The position numbers and the translations under genes were made by a program. The notes below the pieces were generated by a model, which did no database searches, was not told the DNA's origin, and saw only the letters and a list, made by a program, of their open reading frames with translations. From Bdellovibrionales bacterium (lineage in GTDB: Bacteria; Bdellovibrionota; Bdellovibrionia; Bdellovibrionales; UBA1609), in NCBI GenBank assembly GCA_051011135.1, contig JBPCUO010000037.1, forward strand, positions 1 through 48,073: 48,073 nucleotides of DNA, written 5' to 3'. Below, piece after piece: positions 19,815 through 28,529 of the stretch (position 1 is the first letter of the stretch; each line of letters begins with the position of its first letter).

Positions 19815-20476
19815 TGCTGTTTTTGAGACACTCCTTTTCTAGGACAAATCTTTAATAAAAAACAAAGACGACAATGGGGGCTTCGAGCTCCACATATTTT
19901 TCGACCATGCTCTATCATCCAATGAGAAAATTGAATCCAATCTTTTTGAGGAACTAATTCTTCTAATTTAGTTTCAATATGAAAAACATTAGGAGTATTC
20001 ACTAAACCTAATCGATTAGAAAGTCTCCTGACATGAGTATCAACCACGACACCTGAAGGTACTTGAAAGCCGTTGCCCATAACGACATGAGCTGTTTTGC
20101 GACCAACACCCGCTAACTCTACAAGCTGATCAAAATTTTTTGGAACCTGACCCTCGTATTTTTTTTCAAGCTCTTGGCAAGATTTTTTAAGATTACGAGC
20201 TTTATTTCTAAAAAATCCTGTAGACTGAACGGCTTTCTCTAATTGTCCAATAGGAGCTTTTGCATAATCTTTTGCTGTTTTATATTTTTTAAACAGATCT
20301 TTTGTCACTAAGTTAACCCGTTTATCTGTGCATTGAGCGCTTAATTGTGTGGCGATTAAAAGTTCTAATTCATTTTTAAAATTGAGAGCGCATTTTGCTG
20401 TAGGATATTTTTTTTTAAAAAAATTCAGGATTTTTTGTAATCTCTTTTTTTTATCAGAAAAAGATTCTTTTGACAT
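19811..20476 (-). CDS. nth: endonuclease III
   Basis: HhH motif LVELAGVGRKTAHVV, catalytic VDTHV, and Fe-S loop CGARSPHCRLCFLLKIC. Its stop overlaps the thiB start (ATGA). Confidence 0.93.
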   Translation of the reverse strand: MSKESFSDKKKRLQKILNFFKKKYPTAKCALNFKNELELLIATQLSAQCTDKRVNLVTKDLFKKYKTAKDYAKAPIGQLEKAVQSTGFFRNKARNLKKSCQELEKKYEGQVPKNFDQLVELAGVGRKTAHVVMGNGFQVPSGVVVDTHVRRLSNRLGLVNTPNVFHIETKLEELVPQKDWIQFSHWMIEHGRKICGARSPHCRLCFLLKICPRKGVSQKQQ

Positions 20477-20498
20477 TCAATTTATACCTTTTTTAAAT

Positions 20499-21377
20499 TT
20501 AAGAGGTGGTTAATTTTAAGACTCTCTCTTTTACTTCCATAACTAAGATTGTCTTATCTTTAGAAGTATCAACTCCCTGACCAAATTGATCACATTCAAA
20601 AAGTATATTTTGTCGAATCCCTAAAACTCCTTTGTCTTTTGCTTCCTTTGCATATTGTAAAATACGAGAATTTCCAAAACTTTCTCCTTGAGAGTTTTGA
20701 ACAGCGCTAACACCTGAAGAACAAAAAACAAATCTATCTTTAGGATTTAAAGATAGGGTTTTATTTTTAATAGATTTATCTTTTAAAGATTTAGAACCTG
20801 CTTTTAAAACCTCATAATCTCCTTCTTCTGTTTTAAGAGCAGCAAAAATATCACCCACTAAACAATAATCTAAAGTAAAATTCTTACGATCTACAATTCC
20901 ATAAAATAAATCTATTTTATCTAATTCAGGAAAAGATTCAGATAAAGAATCCGCCACATAAGATAAAAAATCTTTTGAATCTTTATAGTTTTTTAAATTT
21001 TGAGAAGATTTTAAAAAAGAAGAAACAAATAAAGCCGTCATAGCATAGGTATTGCAGCTGGATAAAACTATTCCAAATTTTAAACTGTCTTTAATTTTTA
21101 CAACATCAAAAAAATCTCCACTCACCCCTGAAGAAGTTGGTAAAAATTTATAACTGAATTCAAAATAAGGAATTTCAGGAAGATCTACAGGAATTAAGTT
21201 CTTATGTATTCCTGCCATTAAAGACAATCCCTCTTTTACATTTTTAGCAATTTTTTCTATACGATCATTAGAAAAATTAATAGTTTCTTGATATTTAGTA
21301 AGAAGCTCTTCTTTTTCTTTAATTTGTTTTTCTAAAAATTTAATTTTAGAGATTAAATGATTTTCTGATTTTGACAT
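20499..21377 (-). CDS. PP2C/SpoIIE-family protein phosphatase with an N-terminal coiled coil
   Basis: A SGVSGDFFDV motif typical of SpoIIE/RsbU-type PP2C domains, plus a later DRFVFCSSGV block. The N-terminus is a heptad-rich helix. Confidence 0.6.
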   Translation of the reverse strand: MSKSENHLISKIKFLEKQIKEKEELLTKYQETINFSNDRIEKIAKNVKEGLSLMAGIHKNLIPVDLPEIPYFEFSYKFLPTSSGVSGDFFDVVKIKDSLKFGIVLSSCNTYAMTALFVSSFLKSSQNLKNYKDSKDFLSYVADSLSESFPELDKIDLFYGIVDRKNFTLDYCLVGDIFAALKTEEGDYEVLKAGSKSLKDKSIKNKTLSLNPKDRFVFCSSGVSAVQNSQGESFGNSRILQYAKEAKDKGVLGIRQNILFECDQFGQGVDTSKDKTILVMEVKERVLKLTTS

Positions 21378-22048
21378 TAAGACACTCCTCCTGGATTTTG
21401 AGGAAAATAAACATCATAACAAATCGCTCGTCCTGAAAAAGTCCCCTTTAAAGGAGCTAAAGACATTGGCTTTTCATGCTTATGTCTTTTAACCACAATA
21501 CGATCTAAAGCTTTTCCAAGTGCTGCTTGAAATAATTCTTGTGGCGAAGCAGGCTCTCCCACTAACTGTCTTAAAATCCTCAAAGGCTTAACGCTTAAAG
21601 ATTTTTTATCACCAAACATAGGATCCATATAAATCACTTCCGGCCTCTCCTCATCTTTTATACTCTTTAAATAATTTATACTATTATCCAGCGCAAAATT
21701 TAAAGAAAAATTTTTTTTAAGGCTTTTTCTTAAAGCAGATTGCAAAAAAGCAAAAACTAAGGGATGAGACTCTATGGCTGTCACCTCATAAGAAAGGCGT
21801 GCTAATAAACAAGCATCTTTCCCCCATCCTGCTGTAAGATCCAAAACTCTTACTTTTTGAGAAGCTTTTTTTCCTATTGCTTTTGCTAAAGGCTGCTTGC
21901 TGGAAAGACTTTTTAATTTAGAAAAATCCAAACAAAAAGGACGACCCTCATTAGTGTGAAGGTAAAGATCTTCTTTTGTTTTTTCTAATTTCCAACCTGG
22001 GGGGAGGGGGATTTGATTTAAAGAATCCTGCATCATTTTTTCCTCCAA
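21377..22048 (-). CDS. rsmJ: 16S rRNA (guanine1516-N2)-methyltransferase
   Basis: VLDLTAGWGKDACLLA, IYMDPMF and RIVVKRHKHEKP blocks match E. coli RsmJ/YhiQ, recalled from memory. Confidence 0.85.
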   Translation of the reverse strand: MEEKMMQDSLNQIPLPPGWKLEKTKEDLYLHTNEGRPFCLDFSKLKSLSSKQPLAKAIGKKASQKVRVLDLTAGWGKDACLLARLSYEVTAIESHPLVFAFLQSALRKSLKKNFSLNFALDNSINYLKSIKDEERPEVIYMDPMFGDKKSLSVKPLRILRQLVGEPASPQELFQAALGKALDRIVVKRHKHEKPMSLAPLKGTFSGRAICYDVYFPQNPGGVS

Positions 22049-22967
22049 TATAATAAAGAAGGAATAAGTTTTAATTCTGAAATAAGCATGGATTTTTCAG
22101 GAGCTAAAAAGGAGCTGATCTCCATCATTTTTTCTTCTGTTTTTTTAATTATTTTTTGATTATCTTCATGAAACAGCTTTAAAGTTGCTTCAAAATGAGG
22201 CATGCATTGGTGAACTTCTGAAATAGATTTACAGTTTTGATATTTTTTTTCTAAAGAAGGATCTAGGTCTTTTGTAAGGTAACAAGAAAAAGAATTATAA
22301 TAAGTTTGTTTAAGGTCACATAAAGCGGGTTTATCACTTTCTTTTTGGGAGTCAAAATCCAACAAATCATCAGATCTTTGATAAAGCCAACCTAGATAAC
22401 GACCAATAGTCTCTAGCAAATCATAAAAAGCAGCTTCTTGTTTTCCTTGAAGAATAAAAGGCGCTTTCAAACACCACTTAAATAAACTTCCTGTTTTATG
22501 CTCACTCACTTCATTTATTTTTTCTAAATCTTTTTGGCGAAATCCATAAAACTCTCTTTGTAAAAATTCTCCTCGCACTAAAGATTTAATAGATTCAGCA
22601 GTGAGCTTCAATAAAGAAAGATTTTCTTTTTCACAAAGATAGACATTCACCTGAGCGAGCAGATAATCTCCTGCTAAAACGGCTTGCTGAGGAGAAAACT
22701 GAACCCAAGCTGTTTTTTGCTTTCTACGAAAATCAGAATTATCAATAAAATCATCATGCAATAAACTATAATACGACATAAAAATTGGATATCTTCTTTT
22801 TTTAATTGAAGATGAGAACTGATTAAAGATGTTAGTTGAGAGCGTAGGTTTTTTCCTTTTGCAAAAAGAGCTTCGCAAATTTCAAATAACTCTTTAGGCT
22901 CTTTTTTCAAAATTTCTTTATCTAAAGGATTTTGAGATATTTTCAACATAGCTGGATTATCTTTCAA
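22033..22967 (-). pseudogene. polyprenyl diphosphate synthase (trans-IPPS, probably for the menaquinone side chain) interrupted by a single frameshift
   Basis: The N-terminal part (…LFAKGKNLRSQLTSLISS…) is in the frame of ORF 22674..22967. The rest, including both Asp-rich motifs (SLLHDDFIDNSDFRR and YQRSDDLLD), is in the frame of ORF 22033..22878. The switch lies near the A7 run (minus strand) at 22797-22803 or the T5 run just after it. The combined length of about 311 aa is normal for the family. Confidence 0.65.
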
Positions 22968-23043
22968 TGGAAGTAGAAAAGGGTCAACCTTTTCTTCAAA
23001 GAAGCTTCTTGATTTTTATAAATTTTTGAATTTTAATCATAAA

Positions 23044-23451
23044 ATGGCTTTTAGAAAACAAGTAAAAATCTATTTTGATCAAGGTGATCCTGCAAGGATC
23101 GTCTTTCACGGTCAACATAGTATTATTGTCCAAAGAGTTCTGGAAGATTTTATTCCTGAAATAGGAATTCCTTGGGAAGACTATTTTGATAATAAGGATA
23201 TTTTTATGCCTCTTGTAAGACTGAATCATGAATTTAAAAAACCTCTTTACCCTGGAGAAACCTATAATGTTGAAATTCAAATCCAACACATAGGCCGAAG
23301 TAGTCTTAAATTTGAGTATCAAATCTTGGATTTAAAAGACGCTTGTTGTTGTGTAATAGAATCTGTTTATGTATGTACAAATCCAAAAAATTTTAAATCA
23401 AAACCTCTTCCTGAAAAATGGGTGGAACTCTTAAAAAAACACAAACAATAA
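23044..23451 (+). CDS. 4HBT/YbgC-type hotdog-fold acyl-CoA thioesterase
   Basis: KIYFDQGDPARIVFHGQH matches the (V)YYEDTD..G.V(Y/F)H N-terminal catalytic block of 4HBT-class thioesterases. Size is about 135 aa. The start is uncertain (ATG at 23044 or TTG at 23026). Confidence 0.65.
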   Translation: MAFRKQVKIYFDQGDPARIVFHGQHSIIVQRVLEDFIPEIGIPWEDYFDNKDIFMPLVRLNHEFKKPLYPGETYNVEIQIQHIGRSSLKFEYQILDLKDACCCVIESVYVCTNPKNFKSKPLPEKWVELLKKHKQ

Positions 23452-23452
23452 T

Positions 23453-24568
23453 CTAAAGACCCACTTGTTCACGAAGATTTTTTTGTGAAATTTTAGCAAC
23501 CATCTTTTTTTCTATTTTTGAAACGCAATAAATTTTTTTGATCTTTTCATAAGGAAAAACGCTTTGATTGAATTTTTTTTGAAGATTGCAAATTGCTTTT
23601 AAATCAAAAGAAGTTGTCACTAAATTGAATTCATAAGTATTTCTTTCATTAGGAGTCGCTAATAACTCATACTGGTAAGGCAGGGAAAAAGACAAGTCTT
23701 TAAGAAGCTCAGATAATTTTTTAAAATCAACCCACTCTCCTAAAATTTTAATTTGCTCCGCCTTTCGCCCTTGAATCTTTAAATACTCTCCCTGCTTTTG
23801 ACCCACATCTTCTAACAGGAACCAACCCTCGTGATCTTTAGGATCTTTAAACATGTTTTCTTGTCTATAAAAATATCCTTTTAACAAACTAGAAGACTGG
23901 AGCCATAAACCCTCAGAATTTTCTCGAATATTGATATGAGATAAAATTTTAAGAGGGGGGTATTTTTCTTTATGATTTAAAGAACTCAATTCAGCAGTTG
24001 CCACTTGAGAACTTGCTTCCGTCAAACCATAAGATGGTAAAAGAGGCCAATTTAAACTACGAGCTTTTTGATAAAGACTTTCAGAAAGAAAATCTCCTCC
24101 CACAACAACAGCTCTTAATCTTTTTGGAGCTTTGAATTGTTTTTTTACCACATCATAAACTTGAGCGGGAACTAAAGAAGTTAAATTTATTTTCTCTTCT
24201 TCCAGTTGTTGAATCCACAAATCTGGATTCCAAGGGCGGCCTAAAACCGCGGGATTTTTCCCAACAAAACTACGAGCTAAAATAGACAGACCTCCTACAT
24301 GAAATAAAGGCAAAGACAAAAGCCACTTCTCTTTGGGTTGAATATCTAAATGCTGATGAACAGCTTGAGCAGATGCCAGTAAAGCCTCTTTAGAAAGAAT
24401 ACAAATTTTTTGATAACTAGAAGTAAAAAGATAAATCGATCCTTTAAAAAAAGGACATTGAGAGGCCAGATCTTTTAAAACAGATGCTTGAGGATGTTTT
24501 TCATTAAAATAATAATAACTTTGAGACGATTCCCAATCAATATTTTTTGAATTGATAAGCATCTTCAT
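23453..24568 (-). CDS. menE: O-succinylbenzoate--CoA ligase-like adenylate-forming enzyme (short, atypical)
   Basis: WLLSLPLFHVGGL, SYGLTEASS, LEDVGQ..GEYLKIQGRKAEQIKILGEWV and a C-terminal Lys align with MenE, and the gene lies in the men cluster. The ATG at 24568 overlaps the menC stop (TAATG). Confidence 0.7.
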   Translation of the reverse strand: MKMLINSKNIDWESSQSYYYFNEKHPQASVLKDLASQCPFFKGSIYLFTSSYQKICILSKEALLASAQAVHQHLDIQPKEKWLLSLPLFHVGGLSILARSFVGKNPAVLGRPWNPDLWIQQLEEEKINLTSLVPAQVYDVVKKQFKAPKRLRAVVVGGDFLSESLYQKARSLNWPLLPSYGLTEASSQVATAELSSLNHKEKYPPLKILSHINIRENSEGLWLQSSSLLKGYFYRQENMFKDPKDHEGWFLLEDVGQKQGEYLKIQGRKAEQIKILGEWVDFKKLSELLKDLSFSLPYQYELLATPNERNTYEFNLVTTSFDLKAICNLQKKFNQSVFPYEKIKKIYCVSKIEKKMVAKISQKNLREQVGL

Positions 24569-25482
24569 TAAACCAACCTTTCCCAATCTTGATGGGAAAG
24601 CAATCTATCAAATCCAAAACCCAAGCCTTCTGGTTTTTCAAAAAAAGGATCTTTAGTTTTGTGAAAATAAAAAGGATTGTCTTCAAAAGACAAACACTTT
24701 AATCCTGAAACCTCGAAGAGTGAAGGGTATCTTAAATAAAATTGAGCCGCCCAAAACGCAGAAGCCGCTTGGCCTAAAGGATGATCAAAACTATGAGTGA
24801 ATATCACTTTTCTCCAACGAGAAGAAGCCACTCCTTGAAGGATGCTTTCTAAAGAATCTCTTGAAGGTTTTGCAATTTTTATTGGAAAAAGATTTGGGAT
24901 CCAATCCTGTGCAAAATGATCTTCCTTATTTACGGTTTGGGAATCCAAAGAGGGATCTTCTATAAAATCAATTTGTTTTTTCATAAAAGCAAGATGCTTT
25001 TTCCATACGGACCATTTTTGTCCTCCTACATCCAGCCTAAACCGCAAGTTTTTAGGAAGATCTTTAACTAATTTTTTTAATTTTTCAGCCTGCTTTTCAA
25101 TAGAAGAATCTAAAAGTTTTATTTTTATGTATTTATAATTGAGATTCGATAATGCTTTTTCCTTGTTAAAATCTTCTAGATTTTCAATCAAAAAATGACT
25201 GGGAGGAATTTGAAGTCCATAAAATAAATTTTGTTTTTTAAAACGAGCTTGAGCATCTAACCACCCATTTTTTTGAGCAATCAAAAATCTAGAACTTGGA
25301 ATTCCTTGAGCAATATTTTCTAGCTCTTGATCCAAGGAGTTTTCTCCAAAAGAAGGCCAAGGTAAAAAATCAGCATAGCCTTTGAGAGAAGAATCAAATT
25401 CAAAAGCCAGTAAAGCTCCTTGTAAGGAATAAGAATCTTTTTTTAATTGATAAGGGCTAAAATGTATTTTGGATATTTTCAT
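24568..25482 (-). CDS. menC: o-succinylbenzoate synthase (enolase superfamily)
   Basis: KIKL, RLDVGG and IEDP metal and catalytic motifs, size of about 300 aa, and position between menA and menE. Confidence 0.75.
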   Translation of the reverse strand: MKISKIHFSPYQLKKDSYSLQGALLAFEFDSSLKGYADFLPWPSFGENSLDQELENIAQGIPSSRFLIAQKNGWLDAQARFKKQNLFYGLQIPPSHFLIENLEDFNKEKALSNLNYKYIKIKLLDSSIEKQAEKLKKLVKDLPKNLRFRLDVGGQKWSVWKKHLAFMKKQIDFIEDPSLDSQTVNKEDHFAQDWIPNLFPIKIAKPSRDSLESILQGVASSRWRKVIFTHSFDHPLGQAASAFWAAQFYLRYPSLFEVSGLKCLSFEDNPFYFHKTKDPFFEKPEGLGFGFDRLLSHQDWERLV

Positions 25483-25486
25483 TCTA

Positions 25487-26365
25487 TTAAAAAAGAACTC
25501 CTAATATCCAAGAGGTTCCAAATAAAACATAAAGTAAGGATGTTAAAAACAAATATAAATTGTATTTTTTAGAAGGAGGAGTATTACAAACAAAATAAAT
25601 TAAAAAACAAGATGGTATAATCATGAAAAAAGAAAAAGCCCCACCTTTAATGTTAAGATCTAACCAATAAAAACATAATAGATAAATAAAACATTGAATA
25701 ATAGCAAAAGTGAGGAGCCCGATAGATCTTCCATAAGTGGTAATAATATTTTTTCGAGCGGATAAAAGATCTTCCTTTTCGTCTCTTAAATAATTAACTA
25801 AAAGAATCGAAAGAGCCCACAAGCCCGATTGAACTCCTAAATACATAAGGGAATAATCAAGGGTTAAAGTTTGAAGATAATAAGTACCCCCGACAGCTAG
25901 GATTCCAAAAAAGAAAAACACCGATAATTCTGCCAAGCCTTTTTTAATAAGAGAAAAAGAGTATCCTGTATAAAAATAAGAAGCTAATAAGGCCAGTGTA
26001 CCTAATAAAAGAATCGCCCATCCTCCCCGATCAATAAGAACTAAAGCGGCTAAAACAGAAAGACCTGCACATAAAAATCCAAAACCAAAAACCATGTTTA
26101 TAGACAGTGTTCCTGATTGAACTAAACGAATAGGACCTTGGCGCTCTAAAGTATCTGTGCCAAATTTAAAATCTAAAGCATCATTAAAAAAATTAACGGA
26201 CATTTGTAAAAACATTCCTGATGCCAATGTCCAACAAAAAATATCTAAATGAAAAATGTTTGTTTTATAAAAAGCCCAAGTTGTTGCCATGCAAATAGGC
26301 ATAATAATACAAGGTAAGGTTTTAAACCGAGCTCCTCGAACAAAAGCTAATAAATAGTACAGCAT
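25487..26365 (-). CDS. menA: 1,4-dihydroxy-2-naphthoate polyprenyltransferase
   Basis: UbiA-family polytopic protein with a NFFNDALDFKFGTD motif and a second YLRDEKED motif. Confidence 0.88.
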   Translation of the reverse strand: MLYYLLAFVRGARFKTLPCIIMPICMATTWAFYKTNIFHLDIFCWTLASGMFLQMSVNFFNDALDFKFGTDTLERQGPIRLVQSGTLSINMVFGFGFLCAGLSVLAALVLIDRGGWAILLLGTLALLASYFYTGYSFSLIKKGLAELSVFFFFGILAVGGTYYLQTLTLDYSLMYLGVQSGLWALSILLVNYLRDEKEDLLSARKNIITTYGRSIGLLTFAIIQCFIYLLCFYWLDLNIKGGAFSFFMIIPSCFLIYFVCNTPPSKKYNLYLFLTSLLYVLFGTSWILGVLF

Positions 26366-27196
26366 TTAAGGGTAACGAGGGAATTTAGAAAAATCAGGAG
26401 CTCGCTTTTCTAAAAAAGCTTTTTTTCCTTCATTCGCTTCTTCCGTTAAATAATAAAGAAGAGTCATATTTCCGGCAAAATCTAAGAGACCCATTTGGCC
26501 ATCACAATCTGCGTTTAAAGCATACTTTAAACAACGAAGAGCCATAGGGGAATGTTGTAAAATTTCACGACACCATTTTAAAGTTTCTTTCTCTAAATCT
26601 TTGAGAGGTACAACAGCATTCACTAATCCCATCTCTAAAGCTTCTTGAGCAGAATATTGTCTACAAAGAAACCAAATCTCTCGAGCTTTTTTTTGACCTA
26701 CAATACGAGATAAATACGCGCTCCCTAAACCTCCATCAAAAGATCCTACTTTAGGACCTGTTTGTCCAAAGCGTGCCTGATCTGCTGCGAGACTTATATC
26801 ACAAACAACATGTAAAATATGACCTCCGCCTATAGCATAACCTGCTACACTTGCAACAACGGGTTTAGGTAAAGATCGAATTTGTTTTTGAACATCTAAA
26901 ATATTTAAACGAGGAACTCCGCCTTGATCCACATAACCGCCAACGCCTCTTACTTTCTGATCTCCACCAGAACAAAAAGCCTGCTCTCCTTTTCCTCTTA
27001 AAATCACAACACCTATTGAAGAATCTTCTCTGCATAAATCAAAAGCTTCTTTGAGTTCTTGAACTGTTAAAGGACGAAAAGCATTTCGTACTTCAGGGCG
27101 ATTGATAGTGATACGACCCACTCCATCTTTGGTTTTTTCAAATTGAATATCTTTAAATTTTTTAATTGTTGTCCAGGTATCACTCATCTTCTGCAA
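26366..27196 (-). CDS. menB: 1,4-dihydroxy-2-naphthoyl-CoA synthase
   Basis: Crotonase-fold MenB sequence ([48 protein letters not shown]). The start is the TTG at 27196 (AGGAAG Shine-Dalgarno sequence) or the ATG at 27187. Confidence 0.95.
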   Translation of the reverse strand: MQKMSDTWTTIKKFKDIQFEKTKDGVGRITINRPEVRNAFRPLTVQELKEAFDLCREDSSIGVVILRGKGEQAFCSGGDQKVRGVGGYVDQGGVPRLNILDVQKQIRSLPKPVVASVAGYAIGGGHILHVVCDISLAADQARFGQTGPKVGSFDGGLGSAYLSRIVGQKKAREIWFLCRQYSAQEALEMGLVNAVVPLKDLEKETLKWCREILQHSPMALRCLKYALNADCDGQMGLLDFAGNMTLLYYLTEEANEGKKAFLEKRAPDFSKFPRYP

Positions 27197-27340
27197 CCAT
27201 CTCTTCCTGATTTTCTAATAAAGATATTGTAGGAACTTCAGGTGGGAAAAAAAATTTTTTAATACATTCGCTTTCCTCAAAGAGGATTTCCAATTCTTCA
27301 CTACTTAATTTAGAAATAGGTAACTTCAATTTTAAAACCT

Positions 27341-28084
27341 TTAACTATGATAATGATACTTTAAAATACTTAAACCTACCAAGCAAGCAGTTTCAACTCT
27401 TAATATTTGGCTTCCTAAACCAACAAGAAAAGCTCCCTCTTGAGAGAGGCCTTGAGCTTCTTTTAAAGTAAAGCCACCTTCGCTTCCTACGAATAACCAA
27501 ATATCTGTTGGAGGGGCTTGTTTATCTAGAGAAGTGAGTTGCTCTTTTATGTTTTTAGAAGAACTCTCTCCTCCCTCATAAGCCACCAAAACACGATGAT
27601 CTTTTGGAATATTTACATCTTCTAACAACTTGATAGGATGCAGTTTTAATGCCTCTGTTCGTCCACTCACTGCCAGAGAATTTTCTACAATCTTTTCCAA
27701 CCTTGTTTGACGAGCCGAAGACCATTTTGAAGCGGCTTTAATGAAGCTTAATTCAGAAATAAAAGGATGGAATTCTTTAACACCTAACTCTACTGCTTTT
27801 TCAACAATAGAATCTAATTTTGAAAATCTAGGTATAGAAAGAGCCAGATGAAGATAAGGTTTGGGAAGTGGAGGGACCTCATAAGCTTTTACAATTTTAG
27901 CAACTGCTCGTGATGAACTCACTTCCTCTAAAGTCACTTTATACTTTTGAACTCCCTGAGCAAAAACTTCAAAAGATTCACCTCGTCGGATTTGAGAGAC
28001 TCGACAGATATGATGAAAGAGCATATCCTTTAAAAGAATTTGATCTCCTTGAAAACAGGAACGATCAACCCAAAAGCGTCTCAT
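27341..28084 (-). CDS. rsmE: 16S rRNA (uracil1498-N3)-methyltransferase
   Basis: MRRFWVD... N-terminal PUA-like start, HHICRV, and a C-terminal SPOUT knot motif (VGSEGGFT..E, LG..ILR.ETA). Confidence 0.9.
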   Translation of the reverse strand: MRRFWVDRSCFQGDQILLKDMLFHHICRVSQIRRGESFEVFAQGVQKYKVTLEEVSSSRAVAKIVKAYEVPPLPKPYLHLALSIPRFSKLDSIVEKAVELGVKEFHPFISELSFIKAASKWSSARQTRLEKIVENSLAVSGRTEALKLHPIKLLEDVNIPKDHRVLVAYEGGESSSKNIKEQLTSLDKQAPPTDIWLFVGSEGGFTLKEAQGLSQEGAFLVGLGSQILRVETACLVGLSILKYHYHS

Positions 28085-28128
28085 AAATATTTTTTAAACC
28101 AAATAAGTAATGACTTCTAAGAAATCAA

Positions 28129-28329
28129 TTATAAAGTTTTTTGTGAGTTATTTAAAATAAAAGGTTCTTTAGAATTTAAAGGATTCATTAGCTCACCCCG
28201 TTGAACTTTTTTATGTTTGGGGGCCTCAACACCTATTCTAACTTGTCGACCTCTAATTTGAACGATTTGAATAGTGATATCACCATCTATCGTAATAGTT
28301 TCACCAGCTTTTCGCGTCAAAACTAACAT
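28129..28329 (-). CDS. csrA: carbon storage regulator / translational repressor CsrA
   Basis: MLVLTRKAGETITIDGDITIQIVQIRGRQVRIGVEAPKHKKVQRGEL. The ATG at 28329 is preceded by an AAGGAGG Shine-Dalgarno sequence. Confidence 0.93.
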   Translation of the reverse strand: MLVLTRKAGETITIDGDITIQIVQIRGRQVRIGVEAPKHKKVQRGELMNPLNSKEPFILNNSQKTL

Positions 28330-28529
28330 TGTAAAACCTCCTTTTAAGGACAATATTAGAGAAAAACTACCGTGGGATTATTTTGGACATCTCAAGGCAG
28401 AAGATCAACCTAAACATCTAAAGAAAACATGTCAACCTTTCAATCAGAAAAAAAATTTTGAAAATAAATTCTTAAAAATCCTTATAAAAAAAGCCTTTCA
28501 TTCTTTTCCTTTTTTACTATACTTTCACT

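Noticed and set aside
28341-28420. GGA-containing motifs upstream of csrA, considered as a possible Csr/Rsm sponge sRNA or autoregulatory leader.
   Set aside because: Only 3-4 loose matches occur on the plus strand, and on the csrA-sense strand only the Shine-Dalgarno sequence matches. That is far fewer than in known CsrA-sequestering RNAs.
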